Part shown: positions 56,480 to 64,000 of the stretch, piece after piece | Layout of the letters: the number at the start of each line of letters is the position of its first letter | Numbering within the stretch: the first letter of the stretch is position 1 | From: Gammaproteobacteria bacterium | GTDB lineage: Bacteria > Pseudomonadota > Gammaproteobacteria > Steroidobacterales > Steroidobacteraceae | Length of the DNA: 64,000 nt | Direction of reading: 5' to 3' | Assembly (NCBI GenBank): GCA_031414335.1 | Contig: JANNVI010000044.1 | Location: forward strand, 1,218 to 65,217 | The notes under the pieces: generated by a model | Databases searched by the model: none | What the model was told of the DNA's origin: nothing | The model's input: the letters and a program-made list of their open reading frames with translations, nothing else | Translations under genes and position numbers: made by a program

Positions 56480-57277
56480 TTATAAACCAAGTACTTCGCG
56501 CATGGTGTAACGGCCCGCAGGCCGTCCAGCCAGCCAGGCAGCCGCCCGGAGTGCCCCGCGGGCGAATATGGCCCGGTCGGTCGCCTGGTGGCGCAGCACC
56601 ACCCGCTCACCCGCGCCGGCAAATATGACGTCGTGATCGCCGACGATGTCGCCGCCGCGGACCACGGAAAATCCGATTTCATCATCCTTGCGCAGCGCAA
56701 TCCCCTCGCGGGAACGTCCGCGTACGGTCTCGAAATCCTGCTCGCGGCCGCGTGCCGCCGCACGGCCGAGCGCCAGCGCCGTGCCCGAAGGCGCGTCCTG
56801 CTTGTGGCGGTGGTGCGCTTCGATGATCTCGATATCGTATCCGGGCAGACTCCGTGCGGCCTGCTGCACCAGTTCCACCAGCAAACTGACACCGACCGAG
56901 GTGTTCGCGGTCTGCAGCACTGCGATCGAGCGCGCCGCCCTGGCAAGCTCGGCCTCGAAACCGGCGGGCTGGCCGGTCGTGCCGATGACACAGGCGACGC
57001 CGGCTGCAACACAATCGGCCAGCAGTTCGCTGCTGGCGTGCGCCGCAGAAAAGTCGACGGCGATGTCGGCCTCGCGCAGTGCCGCCGCGCGATCAGCCCG
57101 GACCATAATCTTGTTAGGCGCAAGGCCGGCCAGCTGGCCGGAATCGGCGCCGATGACCTCGCTGCCAGCCTGATCGATGGCGACCGCAAGAGTCAGCGCA
57201 GGAAACCCGGCAAGACTGGCCACCAGCGACCGGCCCATGCGCCCTCCGGCGCCCATGATTGCGAGGCGATGTCCCAT
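56480..57277 (-). CDS. dapB: 4-hydroxy-tetrahydrodipicolinate reductase
   Basis: 265 aa (AIMGAGGRMG, IEIIEAHHRHKQDAPSGTA). Confidence 0.95.
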   Translation of the reverse strand: MGHRLAIMGAGGRMGRSLVASLAGFPALTLAVAIDQAGSEVIGADSGQLAGLAPNKIMVRADRAAALREADIAVDFSAAHASSELLADCVAAGVACVIGTTGQPAGFEAELARAARSIAVLQTANTSVGVSLLVELVQQAARSLPGYDIEIIEAHHRHKQDAPSGTALALGRAAARGREQDFETVRGRSREGIALRKDDEIGFSVVRGGDIVGDHDVIFAGAGERVVLRHQATDRAIFARGALRAAAWLAGRPAGRYTMREVLGL

Positions 57278-57309
57278 GCGGCCCTGCTCCGGAGCGAATG
57301 TTAGGTCAG

Positions 57310-58461
57310 TTAACTGGTGAAAAATCGTTTGACGCCGTCGAAGAAACTCTGCTCGCGCGGCGAGTGCTTGCTGCCATCGCGTTTAAGGGACTCTTCAAAA
57401 TTGCGCAGCAGCTCGCGCTGCTCAGTCGACAGGCTCACCGGTGTTTCTACCACAACACGGCAAAAGAGGTCTCCCCGGCCACTGGAGCGCACCGGCTTGA
57501 CGCCTTTGTCCCGCAGCCGGAACACGCGGCCCGATTGCGTCTCCGCCGGGATCTTCAGCACCACCTGGCCGTCCAGGGTTGGCACTTCCACGGTGCCGCC
57601 GAGCACGGCGGTGGCAAAAGAAATCGGCACCTCGCAGGACAGGTGCTCGCCATCACGCTCGAAAATCGCGTGTTCCTTGACGCTGACTTCGACATACAGG
57701 TCGCCCGGGGGTCCGCCATTGCGGCCGGCCTCGCCCTCGCCGGCCAGTCGAATGCGATCGCCGGTGTCGACGCCGGCCGGAATCTTGACCGACAGCTTCT
57801 TGGAACGGCGCACGCGGCCCTGCCCGAGGCAGGTGTCGCAGGGGTTCTTGACGATCTTGCCGCTGCCGCGACAGCGCGGACAGGTCTGCTGCAACTGGAA
57901 AAAACCCTGGCTGACACGCACCTGGCCATTGCCGCCGCAGGTGTCGCAGGTCACGGGTGAGTGGCCGCGCGCCGCGCCGCTGCCATGGCAGGTCTCACAC
58001 TCGATCAGCTTGGGGATGTCGATTTCGGCCTGATAGCCGAACACCGCTTCATGCAGGTCGAGCGGCATTTCATAGCGCAGGTCCGCGCCACGGAAAGCCT
58101 GGTTGCCGCCCGCACCGCGCCGGCGGCCGCCACCGAAAATATCACCGAACACATCGCCGAAAATTTCGTTGAAATCCTGTCCGCCGGTAAAGCCGCCCGC
58201 GCCACCTGGGCCGCCGCCGCCCCCCTGGCGCGCCGCTTCGACGCCTGCATGACCATGCTGGTCAAAGACTGCGCGTTGCTCGGCATCGGAGAGCACATCG
58301 TGCGCCTCCTTGGCCTCCTTGAATTTCTCTTCGGCTTCCTTGTCGCCCGGATTGCGGTCCGGGTGAAATTTCATGGCCAGCCGCCGATAGGCCTTCTTCA
58401 GCTCTTCAGCTGAGGCCGTCTTCGGAAGCCCGAGAACCTTGTAATAGTCGCGTTTTGCCAT
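57310..58461 (-). CDS. dnaJ: molecular chaperone DnaJ
   Basis: 383 aa with a J-domain (DYYKVLGL...HPDRNPGD), a G/F region and four CxxCxGxG repeats. Confidence 0.97.
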   Translation of the reverse strand: MAKRDYYKVLGLPKTASAEELKKAYRRLAMKFHPDRNPGDKEAEEKFKEAKEAHDVLSDAEQRAVFDQHGHAGVEAARQGGGGGPGGAGGFTGGQDFNEIFGDVFGDIFGGGRRRGAGGNQAFRGADLRYEMPLDLHEAVFGYQAEIDIPKLIECETCHGSGAARGHSPVTCDTCGGNGQVRVSQGFFQLQQTCPRCRGSGKIVKNPCDTCLGQGRVRRSKKLSVKIPAGVDTGDRIRLAGEGEAGRNGGPPGDLYVEVSVKEHAIFERDGEHLSCEVPISFATAVLGGTVEVPTLDGQVVLKIPAETQSGRVFRLRDKGVKPVRSSGRGDLFCRVVVETPVSLSTEQRELLRNFEESLKRDGSKHSPREQSFFDGVKRFFTS

Positions 58462-58475
58462 TCAAGGCGCGGTCG

Positions 58476-60440
58476 CTATGAAGCGCGCTGGTCCTTATCC
58501 TTGTCTTTCACTTCCTCGAACTCGGCGTCGACGACATTGTCGTCGCGCTTCTTGCCACTGCCCGAGTCGCCGCCGTCGCTGCCCTGACCGCCACCCGCGC
58601 CGTCGGCGCCAGCCGCGCCCGCGCTTGCCTGGTAGGCCTGCTGCACAATCGCGGCCGAGGCCTGCATCAGCGCTTCGAGCTTCTTCTGGATCTTGTCCTT
58701 GTCGTCATCTTTCGCGACCGACTTCAATTCGCCTAACGCGGACTCGACCTTGGCGCGATCTTCACCGGAAACTTTTTCGCCAAGATCGGCCAGTGATTTC
58801 CCAACCTGATGGATGGCGGCATCGGCCTGGTTGCGCGTCTCAGTCAGCTCACGGAATTGGCGGTCTTCCTCGGCATGCGCCTCGGCATCACGCACCATGC
58901 GCTTGATCTCTTCCTCATTGAGGCCGGAGTTCGCCTTGATGATGATTTTCTGTTCCTTGCCCGTCGCCTTGTCCTTGGCGGACACATTCAGGATGCCGTT
59001 CGCGTCGATATCGAAGGTGACTTCGATCTGCGGCGCGCCGCGCGGCGCCGGCGGAATGTCCGTCAGATCGAACTTGCCGAGCGACTTGTTGTCCTGCGCG
59101 CGCTGGCGCTCGCCCTGCAGCACGTGCACGGTGACCGCGGTCTGGCTGTCGGCCGCGGTGGAGTAGGTCTTGGTCGCCTTGGTCGGGATCGTGGTGTTCT
59201 TCTCGATCACCTTGTCAACGATGCTGCCGAGCGTCTCGATTCCCAGCGACAGCGGCGTGACATCTAACAACAGCACGTCCTTGACGTCGCCCGCGAGCAC
59301 GCCACCCTGGATCGCGGCGCCCACGGCTACCGCCTCATCCGGATTGACGTCCTTGCGCGGCTCCTTGCCGAAGAAGTCCTTGACGTATTTCTGCACCAGC
59401 GGCATGCGCGTCTGGCCGCCGACCAGGATCACTTCCGAGATGTCGTTGTTAGTGACGCCCGCATCCTTGAGCGCGACGCGGCAGGGTTCGATGGTCCGGC
59501 GCACCAGGTCATCGACCAGCGATTCGAGCTTGGCGCGCGTCAGCTTGAGCGCGAGATGCTTCGGTCCGGACGCGTCCATGGTGACGTACGGCAGGTTGAT
59601 ATCGGTCTGCTGCGACGAAGACAGCTCGACCTTCGCTTTCTCGGCAGCTTCCTTCAGGCGTTGCATCGCGAGCGGATCCTTGCGCACATCGACGCCGGAC
59701 TCCTTGAGGAATTCTTCCGCGATGAAATGGATGATCTTGAGGTCGAAGTCCTCGCCGCCGAGGAAAGTGTCGCCGTTGGTCGAGAGCACCTCGAACTGGC
59801 GCTCGCCATCAACGTTGGCAATCTCGATGACCGACACGTCAAAGGTACCGCCACCCAGGTCGTAGACCGCAATCTTGCGATCGCCGCCGGCCTTGTCCAG
59901 GCCGTAAGCTAACGCGGCCGCCGTGGGCTCATTGATGATGCGGCGCACGTTGAGGCCCGCGATGCGTCCGGCGTCCTTGGTCGCCTGGCGCTGCGAGTCG
60001 TTGAAATACGCAGGCACAGTGATGACGGCCTCGGTGACCGGTTCGCCGAGAAAATCCTCGGCGGTCTTTTTCATCTTCATCAGCACGCGCGCGGAAATTT
60101 CTGGCGGCGCCATTTTCTTGCCGGAGACGTCGACCCAGGCATCGCCATTGTCGGCCTTGACGATCTTGTAAGGCACCATGTCGATGTCTTTCTGCACGAT
60201 CTGCTCTTCGAAGCGGCGACCGATCAGGCGCTTGACCGCGTACAGCGTGTTATGCGGATTGGTGACCGCCTGGCGCTTGGCAGACTGGCCGACGATGACT
60301 TCGTCGTCCTTGGTAAAGGCGACGATCGAGGGCGTGGTGCGATCACCTTCGCTGTTTTCGATGACGCGCGGCTTCCCGCCCTCCATGATGGCGACGCAGG
60401 AATTGGTCGTGCCGAGGTCAATACCGATAATTTTTGCCAT
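58476..60440 (-). CDS. dnaK: molecular chaperone DnaK (Hsp70)
   Basis: 654 aa ([38 protein letters not shown]). Confidence 0.98.
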   Translation of the reverse strand: MAKIIGIDLGTTNSCVAIMEGGKPRVIENSEGDRTTPSIVAFTKDDEVIVGQSAKRQAVTNPHNTLYAVKRLIGRRFEEQIVQKDIDMVPYKIVKADNGDAWVDVSGKKMAPPEISARVLMKMKKTAEDFLGEPVTEAVITVPAYFNDSQRQATKDAGRIAGLNVRRIINEPTAAALAYGLDKAGGDRKIAVYDLGGGTFDVSVIEIANVDGERQFEVLSTNGDTFLGGEDFDLKIIHFIAEEFLKESGVDVRKDPLAMQRLKEAAEKAKVELSSSQQTDINLPYVTMDASGPKHLALKLTRAKLESLVDDLVRRTIEPCRVALKDAGVTNNDISEVILVGGQTRMPLVQKYVKDFFGKEPRKDVNPDEAVAVGAAIQGGVLAGDVKDVLLLDVTPLSLGIETLGSIVDKVIEKNTTIPTKATKTYSTAADSQTAVTVHVLQGERQRAQDNKSLGKFDLTDIPPAPRGAPQIEVTFDIDANGILNVSAKDKATGKEQKIIIKANSGLNEEEIKRMVRDAEAHAEEDRQFRELTETRNQADAAIHQVGKSLADLGEKVSGEDRAKVESALGELKSVAKDDDKDKIQKKLEALMQASAAIVQQAYQASAGAAGADGAGGGQGSDGGDSGSGKKRDDNVVDAEFEEVKDKDKDQRAS

Positions 60441-60523
60441 AACAAATCACTCCGCTGGGAATCTCTTGGCAAAACAATTGGTTCTGCTTGCCAAAAATCA
60501 AGGTGTAGACAGGTGCTAAAGGC

Positions 60524-61102
60524 TCAGCTTTTTGGGTCCGCCGGCGCCTTGGCCACGATCACCCGCGCCGGCCGCAACAGGCGTCCGTTCAAGGTATAGC
60601 CCCGCTGCACGACCGCGAGCACCGAGTTCGGCTCGGCGGTGGTCGATTCCTGCGCCATGATGGCTTCGTGCTGGTGTGCATCGAAGGGCTGGCCGACCGG
60701 ATGCAGCTCGGTAACGCCGGCCTTCTCCAACGCCTTTGTTAGCAGGCGCAGGGTCGCCTGCTGGCCATCCCGGAGCGCAGCGGCATCGGCCTTGTCGGCG
60801 TTTTCAACACCCAGGTCCAGGCCGTCCTTGACCGGCAAGATCTCGCCAAGAAATTTCTCCAGGCCATAACGCTGGGCCGCTTCGATATCGCGCAGCGCGC
60901 GCTTGCGGATGTTGTCCTGTTCGGCGACCGCCCGCAGATACTCGCTCCAGTGATTCCTGGCGCGCTCGTCGGACTCGGCCAGCTTGACGCGCAACTGCTC
61001 CAGTTCCACCAGCGCCGCAGCCGATTCCGGCATCACCGCGGTCGCCTCGGGATTCGCTTCAGTTGCTGGAGGTGGTGCGCTGGATGCGAAATCAGCCATC
61101 AA
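60524..61102 (-). CDS. grpE: nucleotide exchange factor GrpE
   Basis: 192 aa (RAVAEQDNIRKRALRDIEAAQRYGLEKF, GYTLNGRLLRPARV). Confidence 0.95.
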   Translation of the reverse strand: MMADFASSAPPPATEANPEATAVMPESAAALVELEQLRVKLAESDERARNHWSEYLRAVAEQDNIRKRALRDIEAAQRYGLEKFLGEILPVKDGLDLGVENADKADAAALRDGQQATLRLLTKALEKAGVTELHPVGQPFDAHQHEAIMAQESTTAEPNSVLAVVQRGYTLNGRLLRPARVIVAKAPADPKS

Positions 61103-61188
61103 ATAAATCTCCGGAATTCAACATGTTACAGAGGTCTTCTAACGTAAATTAGCGCGAACTCGCCGACGCGCTGGCCGGCATATGGAGG

Positions 61189-62265
61189 CTAACGGCGGGA
61201 ATTCAAGGCGGCGCTGAGTAATTTCGCCGTGATATCGACGATCGGGATTACGCGCTCATAGGCCATCCGCGTGGGGCCGATCACGCCCAGCACGCCCATG
61301 ACATTCTGATCGAGCGAGTACGGCGCCGCGATCACACTGACCTCATTTGGGATGTGATAGCCGGACTCCTGGCCGATGAAGATCTGCACGCCGTCCGCCT
61401 TCAGCGATCCATCCAGCAGCGTCAGGAAATCGCGCCGCTCGTTGAAGGCTTCGAAAAGACGTTTCAATTTGTCGACGCTGGCCAGGTCCGCGACGCCCAT
61501 CAGGTTGGTTTCGCCGGCAATTACATATTCCAATTTCTCATCCGGCAGGGGCGCGATGGCAGCCTCGGCCACCTGCACCGCATCCAGCATGATCTGGTTC
61601 ATGGTCTCGCGGGCTTCCTGCATTTGCCGCAGGATTTCCTGGCGGGCCTCGTGCACAGTGCGGCCGCGCAGCAATTCACTCAGATAGGAGGAAGCACGCC
61701 GTAGCTCCTCGGTGGAATGATAGCGATCCATCTGTAGAATGCGGTTCTGGACTTCGCGATCGCCTAACACCAGCACCACCAACACGCGGTTGTCAGACAA
61801 GCTGACAAACTCGACATGGGTAATCGCGGCCTGTGCCGAGCGCGGCAAGGTGACCACGCCTGCGAGCTGAGTCACGTTGGACAACATTTGCGAGGCCGCG
61901 GCGACCAGGGCCTTGTCGTCAACCACCAGGCGTGCATTTTCAAATTGACGGATCAGCTCGCCACTGTCCTGCTGGTTGAGCCCCTGGCCATGCAGCAAGG
62001 TGTCGACAAAGAACCGGTAGCCTTTATTGGTGGGTACGCGACCCGCCGAGGTATGCGGCGAGCTGATGAAACCAAGCTCTTCGAGGTCGGCCATCACGTT
62101 GCGTACCGTGGCTGAGCTCAGCGTAAGACCCGAATCCCGGGTCAGGCTGCGCGAACCGACCGGCTGCCCGTCGCGGATATAGCTGCCCACCAGCGTTCGC
62201 AGCAGGCGCTGCGCGCGTTCATTAAATACATCCTCGAATTTGTCGTGGCTCATGCTCGGCGCCAC
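61189..62265 (-). CDS. hrcA: heat-inducible transcription repressor HrcA
   Basis: 358 aa (ERAQRLLRTLVGSYIRDGQPVGSRSL, GVLGVIGPTRMAYERVIPIVD). An alternative start lies at ATG 62253. Confidence 0.92.
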   Translation of the reverse strand: MAPSMSHDKFEDVFNERAQRLLRTLVGSYIRDGQPVGSRSLTRDSGLTLSSATVRNVMADLEELGFISSPHTSAGRVPTNKGYRFFVDTLLHGQGLNQQDSGELIRQFENARLVVDDKALVAAASQMLSNVTQLAGVVTLPRSAQAAITHVEFVSLSDNRVLVVLVLGDREVQNRILQMDRYHSTEELRRASSYLSELLRGRTVHEARQEILRQMQEARETMNQIMLDAVQVAEAAIAPLPDEKLEYVIAGETNLMGVADLASVDKLKRLFEAFNERRDFLTLLDGSLKADGVQIFIGQESGYHIPNEVSVIAAPYSLDQNVMGVLGVIGPTRMAYERVIPIVDITAKLLSAALNSRR

Positions 62266-62377
62266 GCTACCGACTGCCGCCGTCCAGCGTCAAGTGATCC
62301 TGCAACACATATCGATGCGGGCATGGCTCTTTGTCGGCTGGGTTTTGCCAGCGCGGCATGCTACAAGGTGAGGCCCT

Positions 62378-63280
62378 ATGAGCATACGTACCTGCGCCCT
62401 GATCGCGCGTTACGCCGACGCCCGCATCGCCGAAAGCAGCGCCCAGCTCGCGGCGCATTTGCGGGCGCGCGGCGTGGCCGTGCTGGTTCCCGACGACGAT
62501 TCGGTGCTGGCGGCGTCCGGCGACGTGCGGCCCGTCAACGAGGCGGAACTGGTGCGTCAGGCCGATCTGGTCATCGCCATTGGCGGCGACGGCACCCTGC
62601 TGTACGCGGCCGGCCTGGTCGCCACCCGCGGGACGCCGCTGCTGGGCGTCAATCGTGGTCGCCTGGGATTTCTTACCGATATCAGCCCGGACGACATGCT
62701 GGCGTCCGTCGATGCTGCGATCGACGGCCGCTGCGTCGTGGACCGCCGAGCCTTGTTAGCTGCCGGAATTGTTGCCAGCGCGACCGGCGCCTCCTCGCGC
62801 GCGGCAGCGCGCGGGCTGGCACTGAACGATGTCGTACTCGAGGGCGCGCAGCCGGGCCGGCTGCTGGATTTTTCAACCACCATCGATGGCCGCTATGTAA
62901 ATAGTCACGGTGGCGACGGCCTGGTCATCGCGACGGCCACAGGCTCGACCGCCTACGCGCTGTCCTGCGGTGGGCCCATTCTGGAGCCCGGCCTTGATGC
63001 GCTGGTAGTCGCGCCGATCTGCCCGCACACATTGTCGGACCGGCCCATCGTCGTGTCCGGACGCTCGGTTATCGAGGTGGCCTTGGTCGACCGGCCCGAC
63101 TGCCATGGCCTGGTTGCCTGCGATGGCCGGCCCCTGGGCGAGCTCATGCCCGGGGATAAACTCATCGTGCGACCGTCACCTGACAAGATTACCTTGCTGC
63201 ACCCGACTGGCTACGATTACTTCCGCCTGCTGCGCTCCAAGCTCAACTGGGGCCGGCGCAACTTCGACCCTGCCCGTTAG
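62378..63280 (+). CDS. nadK: NAD(+) kinase
   Basis: 300 aa (IAIGGDGTLL, GVNRGRLGFLTD, ATATGSTAYALSCGGPI). Confidence 0.94.
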   Translation: MSIRTCALIARYADARIAESSAQLAAHLRARGVAVLVPDDDSVLAASGDVRPVNEAELVRQADLVIAIGGDGTLLYAAGLVATRGTPLLGVNRGRLGFLTDISPDDMLASVDAAIDGRCVVDRRALLAAGIVASATGASSRAAARGLALNDVVLEGAQPGRLLDFSTTIDGRYVNSHGGDGLVIATATGSTAYALSCGGPILEPGLDALVVAPICPHTLSDRPIVVSGRSVIEVALVDRPDCHGLVACDGRPLGELMPGDKLIVRPSPDKITLLHPTGYDYFRLLRSKLNWGRRNFDPAR

Positions 63281-63291
63281 GTTCGCGCACC

Positions 63292-64000
63292 ATGCTGACG
63301 CACCTGCAAATCCGCGATTTCGCCATCGTCGACACGCTGGAAGTGGATTTCACCGCCGGCCTCACGGTGCTGACCGGTGAAACCGGCGCGGGCAAGTCGA
63401 TCATCGTCGATGCACTGCAATGGCTCGCCGGTGGCAGGCTGGGCGCCGATGCGATCCGCCATGGCGCCGAACGCGCCGAGGTCAGCGCCGTGTTCGACCT
63501 GGCGGGCGCGCCCAAAGACCTCTGCGCCTTGCTCGACCAGCAGGCCATCGAACACAGCGGCGAACTCCTGATCCGCCGCGTGGTCAGCCAGGACGGCAAA
63601 TCGCGCGCGTTTCTCAACGGCCAGGCGGTCGCGGTGCAACAGCTGCGCGACATCGGCGGCTGGCTGATCGACATCCACGGCCAGCACGAATTCCAGGCGC
63701 TGTTGCGCGCCGGTGCGCAGCGCGCGTTGCTGGATGACTTCGCCGGGCTTGAAGCGCAGTCCGAAGCACTTGGCCGCGATACGCGTGCGTACACCGAGGC
63801 CGAAGCCGCCCTCAATGAACTGCAGCAGGCCGCGCGCGACCGCGATGCGCGCTTCGATCTGCTGCGTTACCAGTGCGGCGAACTCGCCGCCCTCCAGCTA
63901 ACAAGCGGCGAAGCCGCGAGCCTCATGGCAGAGGCGACTCGCCTGCGTCACAGCGGCCGGCTTGCAGAGGCCGCACGCTCCGCCTGCGACCTGCTCTACG
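63292..64000 (+). CDS. recN: DNA repair protein RecN (5' part; continues beyond the window end)
   Basis: ATG 63292 gives MLTHLQIRDFAIVDTLEVDFTAGLTVLTGETGAGKSIIVDAL... (Walker A). The open frame runs to the window edge, so it is absent from the ORF track. Confidence 0.9.
   Translation, partial: MLTHLQIRDFAIVDTLEVDFTAGLTVLTGETGAGKSIIVDALQWLAGGRLGADAIRHGAERAEVSAVFDLAGAPKDLCALLDQQAIEHSGELLIRRVVSQDGKSRAFLNGQAVAVQQLRDIGGWLIDIHGQHEFQALLRAGAQRALLDDFAGLEAQSEALGRDTRAYTEAEAALNELQQAARDRDARFDLLRYQCGELAALQLTSGEAASLMAEATRLRHSGRLAEAARSACDLLY

Overview
GC-rich proteobacterial chromosome segment with gammaproteobacterium-like (Xanthomonadales/Nevskiales-type) gene order. It is almost wall-to-wall conserved housekeeping operons, mostly on the minus strand. 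Order: trpS (partial), yciO | yciB, bolA-family, PpiC-type PPIase | ligA, zipA, smc | queF, dksA, gluQ, phaR | pnp, rpsO, truB, rbfA, infB, nusA, rimP | ~9.6 kb accessory block (Tat-signal hypothetical, S9 peptidase, sterol-desaturase family, UrcA-like, formamidase, class V aminotransferase, secreted hypothetical, PhyH dioxygenase, class II aldolase) | tRNA-fMet | nuoNMLKJIHGFEDCBA | tRNA-Leu(GAG), secG, tpiA | glmM, folP, ftsH | rlmE stub | yhbY | greA, carB, carA | dapB | dnaJ, dnaK, grpE, hrcA | nadK, recN (partial). I saw no rRNA, CRISPR array, transposase or integrase. The most unusual signal is not a gene. The A/T-rich non-palindromic word CTAACR (YGTTAG on the other strand) occurs about 118 times, roughly one per 540 bp. 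It is built from otherwise rare codons (TTA, CTA, AGA, CCT, GCT) at synonymous positions, even inside invariant protein segments. It appears in all three reading frames, across start and stop codons, and in non-coding DNA. This looks like DNA-level selection for, or deliberate writing of, a dispersed recognition word that I cannot match to any described motif. Secondary observations: a Zn-finger-less DksA with a long Lys/Ala/Pro-rich N-terminal extension; a gluQ frameshift right after the start codon; rlmE reduced to a 3' stub; an insertion-like accessory block between tRNA-fMet and the rimP leader; tandem leader terminators before rimP; and a 16-bp tandem duplication at the smc/zipA junction. 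All counts are hand tallies from reading the sequence and should be recomputed.
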